A stretch of DNA of 64,000 bases. Origin: Eledone cirrhosa. Its lineage: Eukaryota. Shown in pieces: positions 1 through 15,000 of this stretch (its first letter is position 1; each line of letters starts with the position of its first letter). The stretch lies in the NCBI GenBank assembly GCA_964016885.1, contig OZ024752.1:18786001-18850000 (forward strand), given 5' to 3'. The notes under the pieces were generated by a model, which was given only the letters and a program-made list of their open reading frames with translations, did not search any database and had not been told where the DNA came from. A program made the translations under genes and the position numbers.

Positions 1-3000
1 AATAAAAAGTGGATAGCCCACATAGTAAAGTGGTCATGTAGGTGTTATAATAAAAAGTGGACAGTCCACACTGTAAAGTAGTCATGTAGGTGTTATAATA
101 AAAAGTGGACAGCCCACACAGTAAAGTAGTCATGTAGGTGTTATAATAAAAAGTGGACAGTCCACACTGTAAAGTAGTCATGTAGGTGTTATAATAAAAA
201 GTGGACAGTCCACACTGTGAAGTAGTTATGTAGGTGTTATAATAAAAAGTGGACAGTCCACACTGTAAAGTAGTCATGTAGGTGTTATAATAAAAAGTGG
301 AGAGCCCACACTGTAAAGTAGTCATGTAGGTGTTATAATAAAAAGTGGACAGCCCACACAGTAAAGTAGTCATGTAGGTGTTATAATAAAAAGTGGACAG
401 TCCACACTGTAAAGTAGTCATGTAGGTGTTATAATAAAAAGTGGAGAGCCCACACTGTAAAGTAGTCATGTAGGTGTTATAATAAAAAGTGGACAGCCCA
501 CAGTGTAAAGTGGTCATGTAGGTGTTATAATAAAAAGTGGACAGTCCACACTGTAAAGTAGTCATGTAGGTGTTATAATAAAAAGTGGACAGCCCACAGT
601 GTAAAGTGGTCATGTAGGTGTTATAATAAAAAGTGGACAGCCCACACTATAAAGTAGTCATGTAGGTGTTATAATAAAAAGTGGACAGTCCACACTGTAA
701 AGTAGTCATGTAGGTGTTATAATAAAAAGTGGACAGCCCACACAGTAAAGTAGTCATGTAGGTGTTATAATAAAAAGTGGACAGCCCACACAGTAAAGTG
801 GTCATGTAGGTGTTATAATAAAAAGTGGACAGCCCACACAGTAAAGTAGTCATGTAGGTGTTATAATAAAAAGTGGACAGTCCACACTGTAAAGTAGTCA
901 TGTAGGTGTTATAATAAAAAGTGGACAGCCCACACTGTAAAGTGGTTATGTAGGTGTTATAATAAAAAGTGGACAGCCCACACTGTAAAGTGGTTGTGTA
1001 GGTGTTATAATAAAAAGTGGACAGCCCACACTGTAAAGTGGTTGTGTAGGTGTTATAATAAAAAGTGGACAGCCCACACTGTAAAATAGTTGTGTAGGTG
1101 TTATAATAAAAAGTAGACAGTCCACACTGTAAAGTGGTCATGTAGGTGTTATAATAAAAAGTGGACAGTCCACACTGTAAAGTGGCTATGTAGGTGTTAT
1201 AATAAAAAGTGGACAGTCCACACTGTAAAATAGTCATGTAGGTGTTATAATAAAAAGTGGACAGCCCACACTGTAAAGTGGTTGTGTAGGTGTTATAATA
1301 AAAAGTGGACAGCCCACACTGTAAAGTGGTTATGTAGGTGTTATAATAAAAAGTGGACAGCCCACACTGTAAAGTGGTTGTGTAGGTGTTATAATAAAAA
1401 GTGGACAGCCCACACTGTAGAGTGGTTATGTAGGTGTTATAATAAAAAGTGGACAGCCCACACTGTAAAGTGGTTGTGTAGGTGTTATAATAAAAAGTGG
1501 ACAGCCCACACTGTAAAGTGGTTGTGTAGGTGTTATAATAAAAAGTGGACAGCCCACACTGTAAAGTGGTTGTGTAGGTGTTATAATAAAAAGTGGACAG
1601 CCCACACTGTAAAGTGGTTGTGTAGGTGTTATAATAAAAAATGGACAGCCCACACTGTAAAGTGGTTGTGTAGGTGTTATAATAAAAAGTGGACAGCCCA
1701 CACTGTAAAGTAGTCATGTAGGTGTTATAATAAAAAGTGGACAGCCCACACTGTAAAGTAGTCATGTAGGTGTTATAATAAAAAGTGGACAGCCCACACT
1801 GTAAAGTAGTCATGTAGGTGTTATAATAAAAAGTGGACAGCCCACACTGTAAAGTGGTTGTGTAGGTGTTACAATAAAAAGTGGACAGCCCACACTGTAA
1901 AGTAGTCATGTAGGTGTTATAATAAAAAGTGGACAGCCCACACTGTAAAGTAGTCATGTAGGTGTTACAATAAAAAGTGGATAGCCCACACTGTAAAGTA
2001 GTCATGTAGGTGTTATAATAAAAAGTGGACAGCCCACACAGTAAAGTAGTCATGTAGGTGTTATAATAAAAAGTGGATAGCCCACACTGTAAAGTGGTTG
2101 TGTAGGTGTTATAATAAAAAGTGGACAGCCCACAATGTAAAGTGGTCATGTAGGTGTTATAGTAAAAAGTGGACAGCCCACACTGTAAAGTGGTCATGTA
2201 GGTGTTATAATAAAAAGTGGACAGCCCACACAGTAAAGTAGTCATGTAGGTGTTATAATAAAAAGTGGATAGCCCACACTGTAAAGTGGTTGTGTAGGTG
2301 TTATAATAAAAAGTGGACAGCCCACAATGTAAAGTAGTCATGTAGGTGTTATAATAAAAAGTGGACAGCCCACACTGTAAAGTGGTTGTGTAGGTGTTAT
2401 AATAAAAAGTGGACAGCCCACACTGTAAAGTAGTCATGTAGGTGTTATAATAAAAACTGGATAGCCCACATAGTAAAGTAGTCATGTAGGTGTTATAATA
2501 AAAAGTGGATAGCCCACATAGTAAAGTAGTCATGTAGGTGTTATAATAAAAAGTGGACAGCCCACACTGTAAAGTGGTCATGTAGGTGTTATAATAAAAA
2601 GTGGACAGCCCACATAGTAAAGTGGTCATGTAGGTGTTATAATAAAAAGTGGACATCCCACACTGTAAAGTGGTCATGTAGGTGTTATAATAAAAAGTGG
2701 ACAGCCCACACAGTAAAGTAGTCATGTAGGTGTTATAATAAAAAGTGGACAGCCCACACTGTAAAGTGGTCATGTAGGTGTTATAATAAAAAGTGGACAG
2801 CCCACATAGTAAAGTGGTCATGTAGGTGTTATAATAAAAAGTGGACAGTCCACACTGTAAAGTAGTCATGTAGGTGTTATAATAAAAAGTGGATAGCCCA
2901 CATAGTAAAGTAGTCATGTAGGTGTTATAATAAAAAGTGGACAGCCCACACAGTAAAGTAGTCATGTAGGTGTTATAATAAAAAGTGGATAGCCCACATA

Positions 3001-6000
3001 GTAAAGTGGTCATGTAGGTGTTATAATAAAAAGTGGACAGTCCACACTGTAAAGTAGTCATGTAGGTGTTATAATAAAAAGTGGATAGCCCACATAGTAA
3101 AGTGGTCATGTAGGTGTTATAATAAAAAGTGGACAGTCCACACTGTAAAGTAGTCATGTAGGTGTTATAATAAAAAGTGGACAGCCCACACAGTAAAGTA
3201 GTCATGTAGGTGTTATAATAAAAAGTGGACAGTCCACACTGTAAAGTAGTCATGTAGGTGTTATAATAAAAAGTGGACAGTCCACACTGTAAAGTAGTTA
3301 TGTAGGTGTTATAATAAAAAGTGGACAGTCCACACTGTAAAGTAGTCATGTAGGTGTTATAATAAAAAGTGGACAGTCCACACTGTAAAGTAGTCATGTA
3401 GGTGTTATAATAAAAAGTGGACAGTCCACACTGTAAAGTAGTCATGTAGGTGTTATAATAAAAAGTGGACAGCCCACACAGTAAAGTAGTCATGTAGGTG
3501 TTATAATAAAAAGTGGAGAGCCCACACTGTAAAGTAGTCATGTAGGTGTTATAATAAAAAGTGGACAGCCCACACAGTAAAGTAGTCATGTAGGTGTTAT
3601 AATAAAAAGTGGACAGTCCACACTGTAAAGTAGTCATGTAGGTGTTATAATAAAAAGTGGAGAGCCCACACTGTAAAGTAGTCATGTAGGTGTTATAATA
3701 AAAAGTGGACAGCCCACAGTGTAAAGTGGTCATGTAGGTGTTATAATAAAAAGTGGACAGCCCACACTATAAAGTAGTCATGTAGGTGTTATAATAAAAA
3801 GTGGACAGTCCACACTGTAAAGTAGTCATGTAGGTGTTATAATAAAAAGTGGACAGCCCACACAGTAAAGTAGTCATGTAGGTGTTATAATAAAAAGTGG
3901 ACAGCCCACACAGTAAAGTGGTCATGTAGGTGTTATAATAAAAAGTGGACAGCCCACACAGTAAAGTAGTCATGTAGGTGTTATAATAAAAAGTAGATAG
4001 CCCACACTGTAAAGTGGTTGTGTAGGTGTTATAATAAAAAGTGGACAGCCCACACTGTAAGGTAGTCATGTAGGTGTTATAATAAAAAGTGGACAGCCCT
4101 CTCAGTAAAGTAGTCATGTAGGTGTTATAATAAAAAGTGGACAGCCCACACTGTAAAGTGGTCATGTAGGTGTTATAATAAAAAGTGGATAGCCCACACT
4201 GTAAAGTAGTCATGTAGGTGTTATAATAAAAAGTGGACAGCCCACACAGTAAAGTAGTCATGTAGGTGTTATAATAAAAAGTGGACAGTCCACACAGTAA
4301 AGTAGTCATGTAGGTGTTATAATAAAAAGTGGACAGCCCACACTGTAAAGTGGTCATGTAGGTGTTATAATAAAAAGTGGACAGCCCACACTGTAAAGTG
4401 GTCATGTAGGTGTTATAATAAAAAGTGGTCAGCCCACACTGTAAAGTGGTCATGTAGGTGTTATAATAAAAAGTGGACAGCCCACACTGTAAAGTGGTCA
4501 TGTAGGTGTTATAATAAAAAGTGGATAGCCCACACTGTAAAGTGGTTGTGTAGGTGTTATAATAAAAAGTGGACAGCCCACACTGTAAAGTAGTCATGTA
4601 GGTGTTATAATAAAAAGTGGACAGCCCACACTGTAAAGTGGTCATGTAGGTGTTATAATAAAAAGTGGACAGCCCACATAGTAAAGTGGTCATGTAGGTG
4701 TTATAATAAAAAGTTGACAGTCCACACTGTAAAGTAGTCATGTAGGTGTTATAATAAAAAGTGGATAGCCCACATAGTAATGTAGTCATGTAGGTGTTAT
4801 AATAAAAAGTGGACAGCCCACACAGTAAAGTAGTCATGTAGGTGTTATAATAAAAAGTGGATAGCCCACATAGTAAAGTGGTCATGTAGGTGTTATAATA
4901 AAAAGTGGACAGTCCACACTGTAAAGTAGTCATGTAGGTGTTATAATAAAAAGTGGATAGCCCACATAGTAAAGTGGTCATGTAGGTGTTATAATAAAAA
5001 GTGGACAGTCCACACTGTAAAGTAGTCATGTAGGTGTTATAATAAAAAGTGGACAGCCCACACAGTAAAGTAGTCATGTAGGTGTTATAATAAAAAGTGG
5101 ACAGTCCACACTGTAAAGTAGTCATGTAGGTGTTATAATAAAAAGTGGACAGTCCACACTGTAAAGTAGTTATGTAGGTGTTATAATAAAAAGTGGACAG
5201 TCCACACTGTAAAGTAGTCATGTAGGTGTTATAATAAAAAGTGGACAGTCCACACTGTAAAGTAGTCATGTAGGTGTTATAATAAAAAGTGGACAGTCCA
5301 CACTGTAAAGTAGTCATGTAGGTGTTATAATAAAAAGTGGACAGCCCACACAGTAAAGTAGTCATGTAGGTGTTATAATAAAAAGTGGAGAGCCCACACT
5401 GTAAAGTAGTCATGTAGGTGTTATAATAAAAAGTGGACAGCCCACACAGTAAAGTAGTCATGTAGGTGTTATAATAAAAAGTGGACAGTCCACACTGTAA
5501 AGTAGTCATGTAGGTGTTATAATAAAAAGTGGAGAGCCCACACTGTAAAGTAGTCATGTAGGTGTTATAATAAAAAGTGGACAGCCCACAGTGTAAAGTG
5601 GTCATGTAGGTGTTATAATAAAAAGTGGACAGTCCACACTGTAAAGTAGTCATGTAGGTGTTATAATAAAAAGTGGACAGCCCACAGTGTAAAGTGGTCA
5701 TGTAGGTGTTATAATAAAAAGTGGACAGCCCACACTATAAAGTAGTCATGTAGGTGTTATAATAAAAAGTGGACAGTCCACACTGTAAAGTAGTCATGTA
5801 GGTGTTATAATAAAAAGTGGACAGCCCACACAGTAAAGTAGTCATGTAGGTGTTATAATAAAAAGTAGATAGCCCACACTGTAAAGTGGTTGTGTAGGTG
5901 TTATAATAAAAAGTGGACAGCCCACACTGTAAAGTGGTCATGTAGGTGTTATAATAAAAAGTGGATAGCCCACACTGTAAAGTAGTTATGTAGGTGTTAT

Positions 6001-9000
6001 AATAAAAAGTGGACAGTCCACACTGTAAAGTAGTCATGTAGGTGTTATAATAAAAACTGGACAGTCCACACTGTAAAGTAGTCATGTAGGTGTTATAATA
6101 AAAAGTGGACAGTCCACACTGTAAAGTAGTCATGTAGGTGTTATAATAAAAAGTGGACAGCCCACACAGTAAAGTAGTCATGTAGGTGTTATAATAAAAA
6201 GTGGACAGTCCACACAGTAAAGTGGTCATGTAGGTGTTATAATAAAAAGTGGACAGCCCACACAGTAAAGTAGTCATGTAGGTGTTATAATAAAAAGTAG
6301 ATAGCCCACACTGTAAAGTGGTTGTGTAGGTGTTATAATAAAAAGTGGACAGCCCACACTGTAAGGTAGTCATGTAGGTGTTATAATAAAAAGTGGACAG
6401 CCCTCTCAGTAAAGTAGTCATGTAGGTGTTATAATAAAAAGTGGACAGCCCACACTGTAAAGTGGTCATGTAGGTGTTATAATAAAAAGTGGATAGCCCA
6501 CACTGTAAAGTAGTCATGTAGGTGTTATAATAAAAAGTGGACAGCCCACACAGTAAAGTAGTCATGTAGGTGTTATAATAAAAAGTGGACAGTCCACACA
6601 GTAAAGTAGTCATGTAGGTGTTATAATAAAAAGTGGACAGCCCACACTGTAAAGTGGTCATGTAGGTGTTATAATAAAAAGTGGACAGCCCACACTGTAA
6701 AGTGGTCATGTAGGTGTTATAATAAAAAGTGGTCAGCCCACACTGTAAAGTGGTCATGTAGGTGTTATAATAAAAAGTGGACAGCCCACACTGTAAAGTG
6801 GTCATGTAGGTGTTATAATAAAAAGTGGATAGCCCACACTGTAAAGTGGTTGTGTAGGTGTTATAATAAAAAGTGGACAGCCCACACTGTAAAGTAGTCA
6901 TGTAGGTGTTATAATAAAAAGTGGACAGCCCACACTGTAAAGTGGTCATGTAGGTGTTATAATAAAAAGTGGACAGCCCACATAGTAAAGTGGTCATGTA
7001 GGTGTTATAATAAAAAGTTGACAGTCCACACTGTAAAGTAGTCATGTAGGTGTTATAATAAAAAGTGGATAGCCCACATAGTAATGTAGTCATGTAGGTG
7101 TTATAATAAAAAGTGGACAGCCCACACAGTAAAGTAGTCATGTAGGTGTTATAATAAAAAGTGGATAGCCCACATAGTAAAGTGGTCATGTAGGTGTTAT
7201 AATAAAAAGTGGACAGTCCACACTGTAAAGTAGTCATGTAGGTGTTATAATAAAAAGTGGATAGCCCACATAGTAAAGTGGTCATGTAGGTGTTATAATA
7301 AAAAGTGGACAGTCCACACTGTAAAGTAGTCATGTAGGTGTTATAATAAAAAGTGGACAGCCCACACAGTAAAGTAGTCATGTAGGTGTTATAATAAAAA
7401 GTGGACAGTCCACACTGTAAAGTAGTCATGTAGGTGTTATAATAAAAAGTGGACAGTCCACACTGTAAAGTAGTTATGTAGGTGTTATAATAAAAAGTGG
7501 ACAGTCCACACTGTAAAGTAGTCATGTAGGTGTTATAATAAAAAGTGGACAGTCCACACTGTAAAGTAGTCATGTAGGTGTTATAATAAAAAGTGGACAG
7601 TCCACACTGTAAAGTAGTCATGTAGGTGTTATAATAAAAAGTGGACAGCCCACACAGTAAAGTAGTCATGTAGGTGTTATAATAAAAAGTGGAGAGCCCA
7701 CACTGTAAAGTAGTCATGTAGGTGTTATAATAAAAAGTGGACAGCCCACACAGTAAAGTAGTCATGTAGGTGTTATAATAAAAAGTGGACAGTCCACACT
7801 GTAAAGTAGTCATGTAGGTGTTATAATAAAAAGTGGAGAGCCCACACTGTAAAGTAGTCATGTAGGTGTTATAATAAAAAGTGGACAGCCCACAGTGTAA
7901 AGTGGTCATGTAGGTGTTATAATAAAAAGTGGACAGTCCACACTGTAAAGTAGTCATGTAGGTGTTATAATAAAAAGTGGACAGCCCACAGTGTAAAGTG
8001 GTCATGTAGGTGTTATAATAAAAAGTGGACAGCCCACACTATAAAGTAGTCATGTAGGTGTTATAATAAAAAGTGGACAGTCCACACTGTAAAGTAGTCA
8101 TGTAGGTGTTATAATAAAAAGTGGACAGCCCACACAGTAAAGTAGTCATGTAGGTGTTATAATAAAAAGTAGATAGCCCACACTGTAAAGTGGTTGTGTA
8201 GGTGTTATAATAAAAAGTGGACAGCCCACACTGTAAAGTGGTCATGTAGGTGTTATAATAAAAAGTGGATAGCCCACACTGTAAAGTAGTTATGTAGGTG
8301 TTATAATAAAAAGTGGACAGTCCACACTGTAAAGTAGTCATGTAGGTGTTATAATAAAAACTGGACAGTCCACACTGTAAAGTAGTCATGTAGGTGTTAT
8401 AATAAAAAGTGGACAGTCCACACTGTAAAGTAGTCATGTAGGTGTTATAATAAAAAGTGGACAGCCCACACAGTAAAGTAGTCATGTAGGTGTTATAATA
8501 AAAAGTGGAGAGCCCACACTGTAAAGTAGTCATGTAGGTGTTATAATAAAAAGTGGACAGCCCACACAGTAAAGTAGTCATGTAGGTGTTATAATAAAAA
8601 GTGGACAGTCCACACTGTAAAGTAGTCATGTAGGTGTTATAATAAAAAGTGGAGAGCCCACACTGTAAAGTAGTCATGTAGGTGTTATAATAAAAAGTGG
8701 ACAGCCCACAGTGTAAAGTGGTCATGTAGGTGTTATAATAAAAAGTGGACAGTCCACACTGTAAAGTAGTCATGTAGGTGTTATAATAAAAAGTGGACAG
8801 CCCACAGTGTAAAGTGGTCATGTAGGTGTTATAATAAAAAGTGGACAGCCCACACTATAAAGTAGTCATGTAGGTGTTATAATAAAAAGTGGACAGTCCA
8901 CACTGTAAAGTAGTCATGTAGGTGTTATAATAAAAAGTGGACAGCCCACACAGTAAAGTAGTCATGTAGGTGTTATAATAAAAAGTGGACAGCCCACACA

Positions 9001-12000
9001 GTAAAGTGGTCATGTAGGTGTTATAATAAAAAGTGGACAGCCCACACAGTAAAGTAGTCATGTAGGTGTTATAATAAAAAGTAGATAGCCCACACTGTAA
9101 AGTGGTTGTGTAGGTGTTATAATAAAAAGTGGACAGCCCACACTGTAAAGTGGTCATGTAGGTGTTATAATAAAAAGTGGATAGCCCACACTGTAAAGTA
9201 GTCATGTAGGTGTTATAATAAAAAGTGGACAGCCCACACAGTAAAGTAGTCATGTAGGTGTTATAATAAAAAGTGGACAGCCCACACAGTAAAGTAGTCA
9301 TGTAGGTGTTATAATAAAAAGTGGACAGCCCTCTCAGTAAAGTAGTCATGTAGGTGTTATAATAAAAAGTGGACAGCCCACACTGTAAAGTGGTCATGTA
9401 GGTGTTATAATAAAAAGTGGATAGCCCACACTGTAAAGTAGTCATGTAGGTGTTATAATAAAAAGTGGACAGCCCACACAGTAAAGTAGTCATGTAGGTG
9501 TTATAATAAAAAGTGGACAGCCCACAGTGTAAAGTGGTCATGTAGGTGTTATAATAAAAAGTGGATAGCCCACACTGTAAAGTGGTCATGTAGGTGTTAT
9601 AATAAAAAGTGGACAGCCCACACAGTAAAGTAGTCATGTAGGTGTTATAATAAAAAGTAGATAGCCCACACTGTAAAGTGGTTGTGTAGGTGTTATAATA
9701 AAAAGTGGACAGCCCACACAGTAAAGTAGTCATGTAGGTGTTATAATAAAAAGTGGACAGCCCACACTGTAAAGTGGTCATGTAGGTGTTATAATAAAAA
9801 GTGGACAGCCCACACTGTAAAGTGGTCATGTAGGTGTTATAATAAAAAGTGGACAGCCCACACTGTAAAGTGGTCATGTAGGTGTTATAATAAAAAGTGG
9901 ACAGCCCACACTGTAAAGTGGTCATGTAGGTGTTATAATAAAAAGTGGATAGCCCACACTGTAAAGTGGTTGTGTAGGTGTTATAATAAAAAGTGGACAG
10001 CCCACACTGTAAAGTAGTCATGTAGGTGTTATAATAAAAAGTGGACAGCCCACACTGTAAAGTAGTCATGTAGGTGTTATAATAAAAAGTGGACAGCCCA
10101 CACTGTAAAGTAGTCATGTAGGTGTTATAATAAAAAGTGGATAGCCCACACTGTAAAGTATTCATGTAGGTGTTATAATAAAAAGTGGATAGCCCACACT
10201 GTAAAGTAGTCATGTAGGTGTTATAATAAAAAGTGGACAGCCCACACTGTAAAGTGGTCATGTAGGTGTTATAATAAAAAGTGGATAGCCCACACTGTAA
10301 AGTGGTCATGTAGGTGTTATAATAAAAAGTGGACAGCCCACACAGTAAAGTAGTCATGTAGGTGTTATAATAAAAAGTGGATAGCCCACACTGTAAAGTA
10401 GTCATGTAGGTGTTATAATAAAAAGTGGACAGCCCACACTGTAAAGTGGTCATGTAGGTGTTATAATAAAAAGTGGATAGCCCACACTGTAAAGTGGTCA
10501 TGTAGGTGTTATAATAAAAAGTGGACAGCCCACACAGTAAAGTAGTCATGTAGGTGTTATAATAAAAAGTGGACAGCCCACACTGTAAAGTGGTCATGTA
10601 GGTGTTATAATAAAAAGTGGATAGCCCACACTGTAAAGTGGTTGTGTAGGTGTTATAATAAAAAGTGGACAGCCCACACAGTAAAGCAGTTATGTAGGTG
10701 TTATAATAAAAAGTGGACAGCCCACACTGTAAAGTGGTCATGTAGGTGTTATAATAAAAAGTGGACAGCCCACACAGTAAAGCAGTCATGTAGGTGTTAT
10801 AATAAAAAGTGGACAGCCCACACAATAAAGTAGTCATGTAGGTGTTATAATAAAAAGTGGACAGCCCACACTGTAAAGTGGTTGTGTAGTTGTTATAATA
10901 AAAAGTGGACAGCCCACACATTAAACTAGTCATGTAGGTGTTATAATAAAAAGTGGACAGCCCACACTGTAAAGTAGTCATGTAGGTGTTATAATAAAAA
11001 GTGGACAGCCCACACATTAAACTAGTCATATAGGTGTTATAATAAAAATGGACAGCCCACACTGTAAAGTGGTTGTGTAGGTGTTATAATAAAAAGTGGC
11101 CAGCCCACACAGTAAATTAGTCATGTAGGTGTTATAATAAAAAGTGGACAGCCCACACTGTAAAGTAATCATGTAGGTGTTATAATAAAAAGTGGACAGC
11201 CCACACTGTAAAGTGGTCATGTAGGTGTTATAATAAAAAGTGGACAGCCCACACTGTAAAGTAGTCATGTAGGTGTTATAATAAAAAGTGGACAGCCCAC
11301 ACTGTAAAGTAGTCACCTAGGTGTTATAATAAAAAGTGGACAGCCCACACTGTAAAGTAGTCATGTAGGTGTTACAATAAAAAGTGGACAGCCCACACTG
11401 TAAAGTGGTCATGTAGGTGTTATAATAAAAAGTGGACAGCCCACACTGTAAAGTAGTCATGTAGGTGTTATAATAAAAAGTGGACAGCCCACACTGTAAA
11501 GTAGTCATGTAGGTGTTATAATAAAAACTGGACAGTCCACACTGTAAAGTGGTCATGTAGGTGTTATAATAAAAAGTGGACAGTCCACACTGTAAAGTGG
11601 TCATGTAGGTGTTATAATAAAAAGTGGACAGCCCACACTGTAAAGTGGTTGTGTAGGTGTTATAATAAAAAGTGGATAGCCCACACTGTAAAGTGGTTGT
11701 GTAGGTGTTATAATAAAAAGTGTCCAGCCCACACTCTAAAGTGGTCATGTAGGTGTTATAATAAAAAGTGGACAGTCCACACTGTAAAGTGGTCATGTAG
11801 GTGTTATAATAAAAAGTGGACAGTCCACACTGTAAAGTAGTCATGTAGGTGTTATAATAAAAAGTGGACAGCCCACACAGTAAAGTAGTCATGTAGGTGT
11901 TATAATAAAAAGTGGACAGTCCACACTGTAAAGTAGTCATGTAGGTGTTATAATAAAAAGTGGACAGTCCACACTGTAAAGTAGTTATGTAGGTGTTATA

Positions 12001-15000
12001 ATAAAAAGTGGACAGTCCACACTGTAAAGTATTCATGTAGGTGTTATAATAAAAAGTGGACAGTCCACACTGTAAAGTAGTCATGTAGGTGTTATAATAA
12101 AAAGTGGACAGTCCACACTGTAAAGTAGTCATGTAGGTGTTATAATAAAAAGTGGACAGCCCACACAGTAAAGTAGTCATGTAGGTGTTATAATAAAAAG
12201 TGGAGAGCCCACACTGTAAAGTAGTCATGTAGGTGTTATAATAAAAAGTGGACAGCCCACACAGTAAAGTAGTCATGTAGGTGTTATAATAAAAAGTGGA
12301 CAGTCCACACTGTAAAGTAGTCATGTAGGTGTTATAATAAAAAGTGGAGAGCCCACACTGTAAAGTAGTCATGTAGGTGTTATAATAAAAAGTGGACAGC
12401 CCACAGTGTAAAGTGGTCATGTAGGTGTTATAATAAAAAGTGGACAGCCCACACTATAAAGTAGTCATGTAGGTGTTATAATAAAAAGTGGACAGTCCAC
12501 ACTGTAAAGTAGTCATGTAGGTGTTATAATAAAAAGTGGACAGCCCACACAGTAAAGTAGTCATGTAGGTGTTATAATAAAAAGTGGACAGCCCACACAG
12601 TAAAGTGGTCATGTAGGTGTTATAATAAAAAGTGGACAACCCACACAGTAAAGTAGTCATGTAGGTGTTATAATAAAAAGTAGATAGCCCACACTGTAAA
12701 GTGGTTGTGTAGGTGTTATAATAAAAAGTGGACAGCCCACACTGTAAAGTAGTCATGTAGGTGTTATAATAAAAAGTGGACAGCCCTCTCAGTAAAGTAG
12801 TCATGTAGGTGTTATAATAAAAAGTGGACAGCCCACACTGTAAAGTGGTCATGTAGGTGTTATAATAAAAAGTGGATAGCCCACACTGTAAAGTAGTCAT
12901 GTAGGTGTTATAATAAAAAGTGGACAGCCCACACAGTAAAGTAGTCATGTAGGTGTTATAATAAAAAGTGGACAGTCCACACAATAAAGTAGTCATGTAG
13001 GTGTTATAATAAAAAGTGGACAGCCCACACTGTAAAGTGGTCATGTAGGTGTTATAATAAAAAGTGGACAGCCCACACTGTAAAGTGGTCATGTAGGTGT
13101 TATAATAAAAAGTGGACAGCCCACACTGTAAAGTGGTCATGTAGGTGTTATAATAAAAAGTGGACAGCCCACACTGTAAAGTGGTCATGTAGGTGTTATA
13201 ATAAAAAGTGGATAGCCCACACTGTAAAGTGGTTGTGTAGGTGTTATAATAAAAAGTGGACAGCCCACACTGTAAAGTAGTCATGTAGGTGTTATAATAA
13301 AAAGTGGACAGCCCACACTGTAAAGTGGTCATGTAGGTGTTATAATAAAAAGTGGACAGCCCACATAGTAAAGTGGTCATGTAGGTGTTATAATAAAAAG
13401 TTGACAGTCCACACTGTAAAGTAGTCATGTAGGTGTTATAATAAAAAGTGGATAGCCCACATAGTAAAGTAGTCATGTAGGTGTTATAATAAAAAGTGGA
13501 CAGCCCACACAGTAAAGTAGTCATGTAGGTGTTATAATAAAAAGTGGATAGCCCACATAGTAAAGTGGTCATGTAGGTGTTATAATAAAAAGTGGACAGT
13601 CCACACTGTAAAGTAGTCATGTAGGTGTTATAATAAAAAGTGGATAGCCCACATAGTAAAGTGGTCATGTAGGTGTTATAATAAAAAGTGGACAGTCCAC
13701 ACTGTAAAGTAGTCATGTAGGTGTTATAATAAAAAGTGGACAGCCCACACAGTAAAGTAGTCATGTAGGTGTTATAATAAAAAGTGGACAGTCCACACTG
13801 TAAGGTAGTTATGTAGGTGTTATAATAAAAAGTGGACAGTCCACACTGTAAAGTAGTCATGTAGGTGTTATAATAAAAAGTGGACAGTCCACACTGTAAA
13901 GTAGTCATGTAGGTGTTATAATAAAAAGTGGACAGTCCACACTGTAAAGTAGTCATGTAGGTGTTATAATAAAAAGTGGACAGCCCACACAGTAAAGTAG
14001 TCATGTAGGTGTTATAATAAAAAGTGGAGAGCCCACACTGTAAAGTAGTCATGTAGGTGTTATAATAAAAAGTGGACAGCCCACACAGTAAAGTAGTCAT
14101 GTAGGTGTTATAATAAAAAGTGGACAGTCCACACTGTAAAGTAGTCATGTAGGTGTTATAATAAAAAGTGGAGAGCCCACACTGTAAAGTAGTCATGTAG
14201 GTGTTATAATAAAAAGTGGACAGCCCACAGTGTAAAGTGGTCATGTAGGTGTTATAATAAAAAGTGGACAGTCCACACTGTAAAGTAGTCATGTAGGTGT
14301 TATAATAAAAAGTGGACAGCCCACAGTGTAAAGTGGTCATGTAGGTGTTATAATAAAAAGTGGACAGCCCACACTATAAAGTAGTCATGTAGGTGTTATA
14401 ATAAAAAGTGGACAGTCCACACTGTAAAGTAGTCATGTAGGTGTTATAATAAAAAGTGGACAGCCCACACAGTAAAGTAGTCATGTAGGTGTTATAATAA
14501 AAAGTGGACAGCCCACACAGTAAAGTGGTCATGTAGGTGTTATAATAAAAAGTGGACAGCCCACACAGTAAAGTAGTCATGTAGGTGTTATAATAAAAAG
14601 TAGATAGCCCACACTGTAAAGTGGTTGTGTAGGTGTTATAATAAAAAGTGGACAGCCCACACTGTAAAGTAGTCATGTAGGTGTTATAATAAAAAGTGGA
14701 CAGCCCTCTCAGTAAAGTAGTCATGTAGGTGTTATAATAAAAAGTGGACAGCCCACACTGTAAAGTGGTCATGTAGGTGTTATAATAAAAAGTGGATAGC
14801 CCACACTGTAAAGTAGTCATGTAGGTGTTATAATAAAAAGTGGACAGCCCACACAGTAAAGTAGTCATGTAGGTGTTATAATAAAAAGTGGACAGCCCAC
14901 AGTGTAAAGTGGTCATGTAGGTGTTATAATAAAAAGTGGATAGCCCACACTGTAAAGTGGTCATGTAGGTGTTATAATAAAAAGTGGACAGCCCACACAG